From positions 96,001-160,000 of the forward strand of contig JAOPTW010000027.1 of assembly GCA_051532035.1 (NCBI GenBank): a stretch of DNA of 64,000 bases, given 5' to 3'. This stretch comes from Fibrobacterales bacterium. GTDB lineage: Bacteria; Fibrobacterota; Fibrobacteria; Fibrobacterales; JAOPTW01. Below the pieces are notes generated by a model. That model was not told the origin of the DNA. It worked only from the letters and a program-made list of their open reading frames with translations, and searched no databases. The position numbers and the translations under genes are program-made. How positions within the stretch are numbered: the first letter of the stretch is position 1; every line of letters starts with the position of its first letter. Positions 19,956-30,136 of this stretch are shown one piece after another.

Positions 19956-22900
19956 ATGATAAATAGCACTGTTGGGCAACTGCTTTTGTTTTCTACGTTT
20001 TTACATAAAAGTGTAATTTCTACAATTATAATCCTTTTAGCACTCTCGGGTATAGTGCTTGCAGATCAGGTTAAGGATACCAAGTTTGCGGTAGGGCGCG
20101 GGTTTTATGATGCGCCTTTTGAAGAGATCATTACTACTAATACCACAGGTGCAGAGATCATATATACTCTCGATGGAAGTGATCCCAAAACTTCTAATAG
20201 TGCAATTGAGACTGGTAGCGATACGGTTTCCATTACTATAGACCCTAATAGCACAGCACATGGTAGGCCATTAACACCTGGGGTGACTTTACGGGCATAT
20301 GCAAAAGACCCCACAGGTCAATTGGAAGTAACTGATGTTGATGTTCAAACGTATTTATTTTTAAGTTCAGTAGTAGAACAACAAACTAACTGGGTTCAAA
20401 GTTGGCCAAGAGGAAATAGAGAAGGTCAGCATTACAGCTTTTCTATGGACCCTGATGTTATCAGTGCAGCGGGTGGTGAGCAAAATTTAGTTGAAGCTCT
20501 TAGCAATATTCCTTCTATATCGCTTGTTTTAGATATAGATGATATGTTTGGCCACGATAATGGAATTTATAGTAATGCCATGCAGCATCACAATACAAAT
20601 GATTCACATGATAAGGGCTATTTTTTCAACAATAATACTGGACATTGGGAAAACTCTGGTGACTGGGAACGCTACACATCAATGGAATTATTAAATCCAC
20701 TTTCTGATGAAGAGTTTCAAGTTCATGCAGGTATCCGTGTACGTGGAGGTTGGAGTAGAAGAGGTTCAAATCCCAAACATGCCTTCCGCCTTTTCTTCAA
20801 GTCTGAATATGGAGACAGCAAACTGAATTACCCACTTTTCGGTGATGAAGGCGCTTCAAAATTCGATAAAATAGATTTCCGTACCGCCCAAAACTATTCT
20901 TGGACTTTTCATGGTGGTAATGGCGATACAGGTTGGAACAACACATTTTTAAGAGAAGTTTTAAATAGAGACTTCCAAGGAGATATGGGCCAATTATATA
21001 CTAAAAGCCGCTACTATCACTTATATATCAATGGGATGTATTGGGGCCTCTACATGTCTCAAGAGAGAGCTCAAGGAGATTTTGCCGCATCCTATTTGGG
21101 AGGCGAAGATGATGACTATGATGTCATTAAATCAACAGGTGAATCGGGTCATTATACTGTACACGCTAGTGCTGGTGATCGAAAACTATATAACACACTC
21201 TTTAATCAAAATAGTTATTCATCATTGGCAACATACTACAAATTATTGGGGTTGAACCCCGATCGCACAAATAATCCCTCATATAAAAAAGTCCTAGATC
21301 CTGAAAATATCATCGATTATATACTTACGGTTTACTATTCAGGTGATTTTGATGGGCCTATATCAGATTTCCAATCGAATTCAAGAATCAACAATCTGTA
21401 TGCATTAATCAACAAAGAAAATCCAGATGGTTTTAAATTTCTCCGCCATGATGGAGAAAATACATTTATTAGACATAGTTACCGGAACGATGGTAGAAAC
21501 AGTGATAATAGAATGAATCTCGGTATAATTAACGACTCCCTATATCAAAACCCACAATCTCTACACCAAATGTTAATGCAAAATTTAGAATACAAAACAC
21601 TTTTTGCTGATAGAGTCAATAAACACCTACGAAACAATGGAACACTCACCACTTCACGCGTCATAAGTTTGTTAAATAACCGCCGATCAGTTGTATCAAA
21701 TGTAATATGGGCAGAGTCCCAGCGCTGGGGAGACGTAAATAGTGATAGAGAACATAACCCTTATCTAAAACAAGATTGGTTTAATGCAGCAGAAAGACTC
21801 AGCTCATATATTAGGGATTTTTCAAACGGCCGCAGTAGAACAACTTACATTCTAGAAAAACTCTCTGATGCATGTTGGATCAATAGAACTCCACCCCCTT
21901 CTATTTACATAAATAATCAACTATTTAATTCTGGATATGTAGATGCTTCAACAGTAACATCTATTCGCATAGAAAATGAAGACGCCGATGACGAAGGTTC
22001 AATTGTGTATACTCTTGACGGATCTGACCCTAGAATAATTGGTGGCGACACACTACCTTCTGCATCTATCGTCTGGCCTGCAGACATCGTACATCTTGAA
22101 GACTCAATTCCAATGCAACAATTACCTTCAACATTAAAAGCAAGAGTTGTAAATTCAAACCAAAGAAACTGCCCGTTAGGCAATGGAAATCTAAAGAGTG
22201 CTGCCCAAACATGGACAGCCCTTCAGGAAATCCACTTCCTCAACCCCACCCCAAGTGGTGCCCTCGCAATAAACGAAATCCACTACAACCCATTCGATTC
22301 AGTTGTCGCAGCAAACGACACCACAGACGAAACTGACTTCCAATTCATAGAACTCAAAAACACCACAGCCGAACCCCTCAACATGACCGGTGTGAAATTC
22401 ACTCAAGGGGTCTTCTATGACTTCCCTGACAACACCATTATAGCCCCTAACGGACTTTATGTAATCGCAACCTCCATCCCCGACTTCGAATCACGCTATG
22501 GATTTAAACCCCATGGCTGGATGAAAGGCGAGCTCAGCAAAAGCGGTGAACCTCTGGTAATAAAAGATTGGCTCGGCACTATTATCGACTCTGTAAGCTA
22601 CCTCGATGACTCACCTTGGAATGCAGAAGCAGACGGCGAAGGACTCTCACTCATCCGCCTTGAGCCAACAACAGGCTCTAATGACCCAACAAATTGGACA
22701 GCTTCAAAACTCTTTAATGGCTCACCTAATGAAGAAAATAGTACTACCGTAGCACCATCACCCCTACAGGACTTTAAACTCTCAGAGATCCACTACCACC
22801 CTTTAGACTCGATTCTAATCGATGATGATGAATATGAATTTCTTGAATTTTACAACACCAGTGATCAAGAGCTCAGCCTCAAAGACCTCCGGTTTACTTC

Positions 22901-24974
22901 TGGGGTTAACTACTGGTTTCCTGACATAACCATCAAACCTGACAGTTTTTATGTGATCGCCTCCAACGCTACTGAATTTAATGCTCGATACGGCTTTGCT
23001 CCTCATGCCGAGTACACCAAAGGACTCAGTAATAGCGGCGAATCTATAACCCTTCGTGATGGACTCGGAAATTTAATTAGTCGTGTACACTACACCGATT
23101 CACTCCCCTGGTCACCTCTTGCTGACGGCGATGGTAATTCACTTGAAATTAAAGTTATGGCCGACACAACCAACACAGCCTTTCATGGAAACTGGGGGCC
23201 CTCTATTCAAATTCACGGTACTCCTGGCGCATTACCAGAGCCACCTGCACCACCTTCATATACTCTGATCTACAAGCCTGGGATTAAAAATATTTTTGGC
23301 TCACTCGTCGTCTTATCCGACACTACTGAAGACGAAGTTACCATGACCCTCGAAGAGGGACTTATTGCTGACACGGTCTTAGTGTTACCCCACTATGGCT
23401 ACTCCTTTGACGGATGGACAGGTGGATCCATGCAAAACCCTCGAGTCGATACTGCCACAGAAAATTTCACCGTTGTGGCAAAGTTTCTCCCTCTTCAAAT
23501 GCAGGTTAACTATAACGCACTTACTGGTGGTACCATTACCGGAACAGCACTACAAACTATTCCATACCTTACCACAACAACAGCAGTTACTGCAATTGCC
23601 GACCCCCACTATACGTTTGCGCAATGGTCTGATGGTTTAACTACAGCCACACGAAGTGATACTGCATTGGCTATGGACACTACCATAACGGCCGAGTTTA
23701 CTCTCAACCTCTATACCGTTTCCATCAACTCTAGTGGTAATGGGACAGTTTTGCCAACTAAAGATACAACTATGGTGAGTGGTTCACCTCTTGCCCTCAC
23801 CGCAACGCCAAACACTCACTATCACTTTACTCATTGGGACGTTTCTGAGGGCCTTACGGTTACTCAAACAGAGCTCCCCGCAACGAGCCTCAATCCAGTA
23901 CTCAGTTCAGGCACTATCACCGGACATTTTGCCGCCGATACCTACACCGTGAGTTATGCAACACAAGAGTCAAAAGGGACTATCAGTGGGGCCCCACAGC
24001 AGACTATTACCGCCTTTGAAAGAACGAGTGCAGTTACTGCAACACCTGCCACCGGCTTTCACTTTGTATCCTGGTCTGATGAAACAATTGCAAATCCACG
24101 TTCAGATAGTGCCCTCTATAAAGACACCACAATATCAGCAAACTTTGTAAGAAACAATTACACCTTAACCATCATTCGCGGTAGCTTTGATACGATCGTA
24201 CAAACGGTCCCGCATGGCTCTGGCCTCAGAATGTCTACAAGCTCATCGCCACAGTACATATTCTCTGGATGGACCGCAACAAAAGGTATCACGCTATCTG
24301 ACCCTGATTCAATGCTTGTAAACCTTACAAACATTACAGAGTCAGCAACAGTAACAGCCCACTATACTACTCCGATGTTCCATGTGAACTACAGTGCGTC
24401 ACCTGGTGGTTCGGTTACTGGCGAGCAAAATCAGTTGGTTAATTATGGTTCAAGTGTCTCTTCTGTCGAGGCACTGCCCGACCCTGGCTATATCTTTACT
24501 GGATGGTCTGACGGCCTTACCGACAACCCAAGGACTGATGTTAATATTAGTCAAGTACTCAACATTAGTGCGCTATTCGAGCTCGCTCCTGCCGTCGATC
24601 CAGGGGTTCAAGACCCGACACAACCGGATGATACTGTAGGAGGCCAACTCGGAGATACACTTTCAACTCCTGTCTACGAATTTGGAGCACTGAAGCCTCT
24701 GAGCCTCACCCTTCAAAAACTCTACGACAGTCGCACCCTCATTACTCTGGGTGGGGATAACATTGAAGGAGCTGAGCTTCAAGTATTTACTATAAACGGT
24801 ACTATGATAGCAACCCTTTCAACAGAACATGATTTTTATGTATTAGACAACAGTAGCCTCTCCTATGAGCTCCCCACAGATGCATTTGCCCCTGGTCTTT
24901 ACATCGTTTCTGCTCATACCATAATGGGAGATGGGTCTCAAAAATTTATTTCTAGGCAGCTCCGCATTGATTAA
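19956..24974 (+). CDS. T9SS cargo: chitobiase/FN3-associated, CotH kinase, two lamin-tail domains, InlB B-like repeats, C-terminal sorting domain
   Basis: IIYTLDGSDP; GIRVRGGWSR..KHAFRLFFK; YINGMYWGLY; INEIHYNP..FIELKN (x2); GYxFxGWSDG repeats; C-terminal FTINGTMI..APGLYIV. Confidence 0.85.
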   Translation: MINSTVGQLLLFSTFLHKSVISTIIILLALSGIVLADQVKDTKFAVGRGFYDAPFEEIITTNTTGAEIIYTLDGSDPKTSNSAIETGSDTVSITIDPNSTAHGRPLTPGVTLRAYAKDPTGQLEVTDVDVQTYLFLSSVVEQQTNWVQSWPRGNREGQHYSFSMDPDVISAAGGEQNLVEALSNIPSISLVLDIDDMFGHDNGIYSNAMQHHNTNDSHDKGYFFNNNTGHWENSGDWERYTSMELLNPLSDEEFQVHAGIRVRGGWSRRGSNPKHAFRLFFKSEYGDSKLNYPLFGDEGASKFDKIDFRTAQNYSWTFHGGNGDTGWNNTFLREVLNRDFQGDMGQLYTKSRYYHLYINGMYWGLYMSQERAQGDFAASYLGGEDDDYDVIKSTGESGHYTVHASAGDRKLYNTLFNQNSYSSLATYYKLLGLNPDRTNNPSYKKVLDPENIIDYILTVYYSGDFDGPISDFQSNSRINNLYALINKENPDGFKFLRHDGENTFIRHSYRNDGRNSDNRMNLGIINDSLYQNPQSLHQMLMQNLEYKTLFADRVNKHLRNNGTLTTSRVISLLNNRRSVVSNVIWAESQRWGDVNSDREHNPYLKQDWFNAAERLSSYIRDFSNGRSRTTYILEKLSDACWINRTPPPSIYINNQLFNSGYVDASTVTSIRIENEDADDEGSIVYTLDGSDPRIIGGDTLPSASIVWPADIVHLEDSIPMQQLPSTLKARVVNSNQRNCPLGNGNLKSAAQTWTALQEIHFLNPTPSGALAINEIHYNPFDSVVAANDTTDETDFQFIELKNTTAEPLNMTGVKFTQGVFYDFPDNTIIAPNGLYVIATSIPDFESRYGFKPHGWMKGELSKSGEPLVIKDWLGTIIDSVSYLDDSPWNAEADGEGLSLIRLEPTTGSNDPTNWTASKLFNGSPNEENSTTVAPSPLQDFKLSEIHYHPLDSILIDDDEYEFLEFYNTSDQELSLKDLRFTSGVNYWFPDITIKPDSFYVIASNATEFNARYGFAPHAEYTKGLSNSGESITLRDGLGNLISRVHYTDSLPWSPLADGDGNSLEIKVMADTTNTAFHGNWGPSIQIHGTPGALPEPPAPPSYTLIYKPGIKNIFGSLVVLSDTTEDEVTMTLEEGLIADTVLVLPHYGYSFDGWTGGSMQNPRVDTATENFTVVAKFLPLQMQVNYNALTGGTITGTALQTIPYLTTTTAVTAIADPHYTFAQWSDGLTTATRSDTALAMDTTITAEFTLNLYTVSINSSGNGTVLPTKDTTMVSGSPLALTATPNTHYHFTHWDVSEGLTVTQTELPATSLNPVLSSGTITGHFAADTYTVSYATQESKGTISGAPQQTITAFERTSAVTATPATGFHFVSWSDETIANPRSDSALYKDTTISANFVRNNYTLTIIRGSFDTIVQTVPHGSGLRMSTSSSPQYIFSGWTATKGITLSDPDSMLVNLTNITESATVTAHYTTPMFHVNYSASPGGSVTGEQNQLVNYGSSVSSVEALPDPGYIFTGWSDGLTDNPRTDVNISQVLNISALFELAPAVDPGVQDPTQPDDTVGGQLGDTLSTPVYEFGALKPLSLTLQKLYDSRTLITLGGDNIEGAELQVFTINGTMIATLSTEHDFYVLDNSSLSYELPTDAFAPGLYIVSAHTIMGDGSQKFISRQLRID

Positions 24975-25028
24975 CAAGAGGAAGGCTGAAGCCCTCTCTT
25001 CAAATGCCGTTTAACATTAAAAATAATA

Positions 25029-25064
25029 AGGCGTGTACCCGATATGGATACACGCCTCTTTTTT
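25029..25064. terminator. Intrinsic terminator between convergent genes
   Basis: Stem aggcgtgta / tacacgcct followed by a T-run. Confidence 0.7.
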
Positions 25065-25091
25065 ACTCAATTCCTTGATACGTCAGGAGAA

Positions 25092-26543
25092 TTATCGAGT
25101 ACGCACAACTCTCAATCCAACATCTGCAGCGCTCTCTTCAAAGCTCCACGAGGCAAAAAGATCATCGCCATAGGGTGCTGAAGTATCCAAATAACTCCCA
25201 CCTGCAATCTGTAAGGTCCCATTCAGGTCAAGTACTACTTCTGCGGCATTGCCAATCAAATCATACAAGCGTCCAACACTTGGCTTAAGGTACGACCCTA
25301 CCCCACTGAGCTGGCCCGTACTGTTAACATATTTACGAACAACTTCTTCGGCATCAGAGCTACCCCAAAAATAAGCAACGACCTCATCCTCAGTGTATCC
25401 ATAGATATAGGCCGCTTTCCATTCATCAGATGTAGGGAGTCGATAACCATTTGCACGAATCATACTGAGTGAACCACCCTCAATGTTTCGATACACCGGA
25501 GTCAACCCTTCACTTTCGGAGCGCGCATTACAGTAGAGCATCATCTCTTTGAGTGTAAACGAAGTTTTTGGGAGCCTTTCTGTACCAGGAATCAGTCCGC
25601 CACCCATTAACGCTGCATACTCCTTATGAGTCACCTCGTACGACCCTATATAAAATGCATCATTAATAAGCTGAAGGACCCCTTCTTCAGGCGGCTCATC
25701 TGCAAAGCGAGACATAGCCAAAGAACGCATTGCCACAGGTCCCACACTATATGGATCATGCATACCATTCAAGTAGGCATTCTCTTGTTGATCAAGATAA
25801 AACGCATAGGAGTAGGTCCCATTAAAAAAGAGCTGTTGTAACAGACTATCTCTATTGGCAATCCCCAGTTGATCGAAAATCCCCTCATACTCATCCATAA
25901 TATCACTATTGTCATGGGCATACACAAAGAGTGAATCAAACAGAGTCCGCCCCAAGGCATAGAGGTCACCTTCCAAATCATACTCTGGGTTACTCTCAAG
26001 GTATTGCGTATACAGGTCGAGATACCCCTGAACAGAATCTATATCAACGCTGGTAACGACGCGATCAGTGATACGATTCTTCACTGCCTCATAAGTAATA
26101 ACCCCTTGACCTGGAAAGAGTCTGATAAGATCAACTGTAAGAGTATTCGGTTCACACTCTTTAAGAATTGACCCTTTACCCGTCAATGAAACGCCCCCAT
26201 TGGTGACATTCATCTTTCTCGTATAGGTAGCATATCGAATATCATATTGAGACCGAGCGTTACCATCAATAGTGAGTACCAACTCATTTTTCTGAATTGT
26301 TTCATCATACCGCACATCATAAAAGTTACAAGTCGTACCTTCACTCTGCGACACCATATCTTCATTACAGTGCACTTCACTATTCGTCAACGCCCCGTCA
26401 ACATAATAGGTCACCACCATACTATCAAGCTGCTCACCATTAGGGAGCTCATGACTAATATGGTAGGGTTGCGTGTAATTGTTACTCTCTAATATACAGC
26501 CTACAAAGAGTGCTGGAATGATAATGAATAGAAGTGCTTTCAT
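25092..26543 (-). CDS. Lipoprotein with C-terminal FGE-sulfatase (SUMF1-like) domain
   Basis: MKALLFIIIPALFVGC lipobox (ATG 26543); YEVTHKEY, YCNARSESEGL, GYRLPTSDEW, LYDLIGNAAE, GLRVVR. Confidence 0.85.
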   Translation of the reverse strand: MKALLFIIIPALFVGCILESNNYTQPYHISHELPNGEQLDSMVVTYYVDGALTNSEVHCNEDMVSQSEGTTCNFYDVRYDETIQKNELVLTIDGNARSQYDIRYATYTRKMNVTNGGVSLTGKGSILKECEPNTLTVDLIRLFPGQGVITYEAVKNRITDRVVTSVDIDSVQGYLDLYTQYLESNPEYDLEGDLYALGRTLFDSLFVYAHDNSDIMDEYEGIFDQLGIANRDSLLQQLFFNGTYSYAFYLDQQENAYLNGMHDPYSVGPVAMRSLAMSRFADEPPEEGVLQLINDAFYIGSYEVTHKEYAALMGGGLIPGTERLPKTSFTLKEMMLYCNARSESEGLTPVYRNIEGGSLSMIRANGYRLPTSDEWKAAYIYGYTEDEVVAYFWGSSDAEEVVRKYVNSTGQLSGVGSYLKPSVGRLYDLIGNAAEVVLDLNGTLQIAGGSYLDTSAPYGDDLFASWSFEESAADVGLRVVRTR

Positions 26544-26983
26544 ATTATTTTTCTCGCTTGATACTGACGTTCTAAAGCCAATGGTAAAAACTTGCACACC
26601 TCTCGGCATTCAATTCAAGTGATGTGGAAGCCCCATTCCTGCATTTCCGTTTTAAAAAGTGTTTAAGAAATTGTGATGTGGTGTTTAAGGGATACTAATA
26701 AGGACTATTTTGGGAGTTCTTGATTATTGACGATAATCGGGTGATTTTATTTGTTTTTAGGCTGGAGCTTAAACAGGAGAGATTCGAGGCGTAAATAATT
26801 TCGTGTTTTGAGGAATGTGAAATTCGTTATTTTGTAATATCATTATCTTGAAACCACTCTCTCCCGTTTCACCTTCTTGGTAGATCTGGATATATGCGCT
26901 AATAGCAAATATTATTTGGTAATCTCATGTGCTAGCTCCTTTTATTCTCGTGTAGCTAGTGGTAATTGATAAACTGTACCTTT

Positions 26984-27061
26984 TCAGAAAAATAACCGAT
27001 CGCACCCTAGTAAGAGCCATGCAAACGAGATAGACATTAAAAGCGTTAGTATCTTCTTCAT
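26984..27061 (-). pseudogene. Lipoprotein signal-peptide remnant (MKKILTLLMSISFAWLLLGCDRLFF*)
   Basis: Manual translation; textbook lipobox LLGC followed by a stop after 5 residues. Confidence 0.4.
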
Positions 27062-27436
27062 AAATTATTTACCCACAGTAATGTCGACGCTTCCGGATAG
27101 TAACTAAGTCCTTATGCCATATAGCCTAAAATATGACCAGCCAAAGATAGTAAACTCAATGACAAATCTCATTTGTCCATTTCAAAATGTGCTGGTGATC
27201 ACACCAATCTTACTGAAATTATCTAAAAACTTTACTTTCGACCTGAAAACCGAGTCTCACCGAATAGATAAGAGTACCCGCAACAGCGTTATCTCGCGAC
27301 AACACCTCCTTATTGAGTGAACCTTGAGCGTTGAAAGAGATTCTTTCAGGAGACTCTTTAGCTATGAATACCTATCTCAAAGACCTATCTACACATTCGG
27401 TTCATGAGCATGAGTGCTAGCACCTATAACTGAGGG

Positions 27437-27474
27437 TATAAAAAAAGCCATCTCAAAGAGACGGCTTTTTTATA
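27437..27474 (-). terminator. Intrinsic terminator after tRNA-His
   Basis: tataaaaaaagccatctc-aaa-gagacggcttttttata hairpin with A/T tails. Confidence 0.8.
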
Positions 27475-27477
27475 AAG

Positions 27478-27551
27478 GGTGATTGAAGGGGTTTGAACCC
27501 TCGACAACCGGAATCACAATCCGGGACTCTACCAACTGAGCTACAACCACC
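27478..27551 (-). tRNA. tRNA-His (GTG)
   Basis: Reverse complement GGTGGTTGTAGCTCAGTTGGTAGAGTCCCGGATTGTGATTCCGGTTGTCGAGGGTTCAAACCCCTTCAATCACC; GTG anticodon, G-1:C73 pair, CCA not encoded. Confidence 0.97.
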
Positions 27552-27619
27552 ACGATGCCACAAATGTAAAATAGTTTTCTGCAAAATACAAGGAAAAAGC
27601 AGAAAGGAAACTATAATAC

Positions 27620-28009
27620 CTACCCTTTAGGGGCTTTCATTTCCGCTTCTCTGAGCTTACGTTTTTGAAGACGAGCAAAGTTTTTACGTTTAAAATCATT
27701 GCGGTGCTCTGAACAAAATTTTGGATAGATAAACTGTTTAGGGAAAATCTTTACCGGAAATAATGTATTACACCCTTCAAGGCAACAAAGAAAAGGCGAC
27801 TCAACAACTTCAGTCAAGTTATGCTTGAACACCATGTTTTTAGATTCTACAGAGTCAAGATTCTTTTTCTGCTTTTGACGCTGTTTAATATCTCTATGAA
27901 GCTCACAATATTTTGCAATTGGGTGACCCCAGAACTCACGGCCACAACCGGGTTCTTGACACACCTTGAGCTTAATTCTTTTTTTCTTTTTGTACTTTGG
28001 TAACTGCAC
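27620..28009 (-). CDS. Small basic protein with two Cys/His (putative Zn-binding) motifs
   Basis: CQEPGC..KYCELHR and CCLEGC..KFCSEHR; GTG start after GAGGTGG. Confidence 0.75.
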   Translation of the reverse strand: MQLPKYKKKKRIKLKVCQEPGCGREFWGHPIAKYCELHRDIKQRQKQKKNLDSVESKNMVFKHNLTEVVESPFLCCLEGCNTLFPVKIFPKQFIYPKFCSEHRNDFKRKNFARLQKRKLREAEMKAPKG

Positions 28010-28054
28010 CAGTACCACCTCTAATCAGAAAGTTTTTCAAATATAATGAAATAA

Positions 28055-28080
28055 CGGGGATTTTCAACAAAAAATCCCCG
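28055..28080 (-). terminator. Hairpin downstream of adk
   Basis: cggggatttt-caacaa-aaaatccccg. Confidence 0.55.
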
Positions 28081-28114
28081 ACACATTTCACTTAATAGTA
28101 TTCGTTACAAGAAC

Positions 28115-28747
28115 TTACGCTTCTAAAGCAGAGATAATTCTTCCAAAAACCTCTTCAATCTCGCCTGTTGCATCAATAGTAAAGAGGTTTCCGTTTTTCT
28201 CAAACCAACTCAGTACTGGCTTAGTTTCTGCATGATACGCAGCAAGACGTTGACGAATTGCTGTTTCATTGTCATCAGCACGCTGTACAAGTTCTGTACT
28301 ACAGCCATTACATTTATTATCAGTAGGAACATTGATCAAATTGTGTTCCATGCCACATGAAGGACATTTTTTACGAGCAAGCATACGCTGTACCACTTGT
28401 TCTTCATCTTCAATATTAAGATAAATACAACCGTCAACTTCGTAGTTCTCAAGTAACCATGCACGTTGTGCCTCATTTCTTGGAAATCCATCAAGAAGAA
28501 ACCCTTTTTTAGGGTCAAGAGAGTCTAATTTATCAGAAAGAATCCCTTTTACGGTATCATCAGATACGAGTTTGCCCGACTGCATTGCCTCTTTTGCAAC
28601 TTTGCCGTGCTCTGTCCCATTCTCAACATTCCAACGAAGAAGATCACCAACACCAATAAACTCAAGATCAAGTTTTTCTACAAGTTTTGCCGCTTGGGTG
28701 CCTTTTCCGCTCCCCTGAATTCCAGCAATAGCTAATTTTTTGCTCAT
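28115..28747 (-). CDS. adk: Adenylate kinase (Zn-lid type)
   Basis: GIQGSGKGTQA P-loop, LLDGFPRN, lid CPSC..CNGC, QRADDNE; ATG 28747. Confidence 0.95.
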   Translation of the reverse strand: MSKKLAIAGIQGSGKGTQAAKLVEKLDLEFIGVGDLLRWNVENGTEHGKVAKEAMQSGKLVSDDTVKGILSDKLDSLDPKKGFLLDGFPRNEAQRAWLLENYEVDGCIYLNIEDEEQVVQRMLARKKCPSCGMEHNLINVPTDNKCNGCSTELVQRADDNETAIRQRLAAYHAETKPVLSWFEKNGNLFTIDATGEIEEVFGRIISALEA

Positions 28748-29064
28748 TATATCGTTCCTGAAAATTGTTCTGTGAGCCAAATATAACAACTGGAACTCTA
28801 TTCTGCACTCTGTAACGGTCAATTTGCCCTCTCCCCCGTATAAACAGGCATCAAGCCACCATTACCCCCTTATAATCACAAGCATCTCAAGAAGTACCCA
28901 CATTTGTGAACACCTTAGCATCAGATATTATACAAATAGGCCTTATTGCATAAAGAAATTGACGTTACACAGGCACCCTTTATGTACTTTGTACAAATAG
29001 AAACACACCCTCGGGGAGCTACACACATGAGGGCTCATACACCCCCGAATATTATGGAGATATT

Positions 29065-29940
29065 ATGAAAAAACTACTCATTGCACCAGCAATATTAGCA
29101 ACCCTTCTCATGGTTTCGTGCTCATCGGATGCACCAACTGCAAATGATGATGAAAAAGACCCAGAAGTAAGCCTTAACAGCTCTGATCAGAGTGACTCAT
29201 CAGATGACAATCAATCTTCAGACGCAACACCAAGCGAACCAGAAGAATCGTCAAGTGCAGAACCAGAAGAGTCTTCTGATGCTGAATCATCTGAAACGGC
29301 TGACGAATCTTCACAAATGAGTGAAGACTCTTCAGAAGAAGAAAGCTCATCATCTGAAGATATTTTACAAATCAGAGAAGACCTTGCAACTGCATTTGGC
29401 GAAGTTGAATCTACAGTAGATGGCTCTGCTTTTGTTCTTTTTGATGGTGATGTGCCTGAGGATATTATGATCCAGACTTACCAAAGCCCAACACTTATTG
29501 TAGATGACGTGTTCTCATACGAAGCAACAAGGCTCACCGCAAGTGGATGGTTTATTGCTGATTCTAATGCATCGGCCACTCAATTCGATCTTACGGGCAA
29601 GACAGCATTAACCTTCGTATACCAAGCTGAAGCCACATTTGATATCCGTATCATGTGGGGAGCTGAGCCAGACGGATACAATGAATGGGGTCCTTATTGG
29701 TCTGAGACTGATTATGCAGACCGCCCTGGAGGGGCACTTGTTTACGAAGGCGTATCTACAGCATCAAGCCCTGAAGAATTCTCTATCGAGATTGCAGATA
29801 TGATAGATAACGGCTACCTCGATGCAGTAAATAACTTTGAATATACTGGCGACCTAACATTTGACCCATCTAAAGTATGGCAAATTGTGATCCAAAATAC
29901 TAAAGGTCCTATTCATTTAAGTAAAGTTCGTTTCGAATAA
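29065..29940 (+). CDS. Lipoprotein with S/E/D-rich linker and possible carbohydrate-binding beta-sandwich
   Basis: LMVSC lipobox, GGAG RBS, acidic linker, aromatic-rich C-domain. Confidence 0.7.
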   Translation: MKKLLIAPAILATLLMVSCSSDAPTANDDEKDPEVSLNSSDQSDSSDDNQSSDATPSEPEESSSAEPEESSDAESSETADESSQMSEDSSEEESSSSEDILQIREDLATAFGEVESTVDGSAFVLFDGDVPEDIMIQTYQSPTLIVDDVFSYEATRLTASGWFIADSNASATQFDLTGKTALTFVYQAEATFDIRIMWGAEPDGYNEWGPYWSETDYADRPGGALVYEGVSTASSPEEFSIEIADMIDNGYLDAVNNFEYTGDLTFDPSKVWQIVIQNTKGPIHLSKVRFE

Positions 29941-29988
29941 GTAAAGAACGAAAATAGCTTTATAAGTCAATTCGACCCATATAGACCC

Positions 29989-30016
29989 AAAGTCCCTCTT
30001 CTGAGGGGCTTTTTTT
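29989..30016 (+). terminator. Intrinsic terminator
   Basis: aaagtccctc-ttct-gaggggcttttttt. Confidence 0.75.
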
Positions 30017-30136
30017 GTCTCTGAGCTCTCGTATCACAGAGAGGCCCCAACCTCAACATTTGTAAACGACACTTTTCTTGTCAAGAACCAATAAGAATCT
30101 ATATTTATTCGACACCGACACTTTCAGGAATACACA

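Noticed and set aside
1..26543. FGE (C-type-lectin-fold) C-termini as diversity-generating retroelement targets
   Set aside because: No reverse transcriptase and no adenine-specific template/variable repeat pair seen in the window.
27478..27551. tRNA-His as the integration site of a prophage or island
   Set aside because: No integrase and no duplicated tRNA 3' end found in the window.
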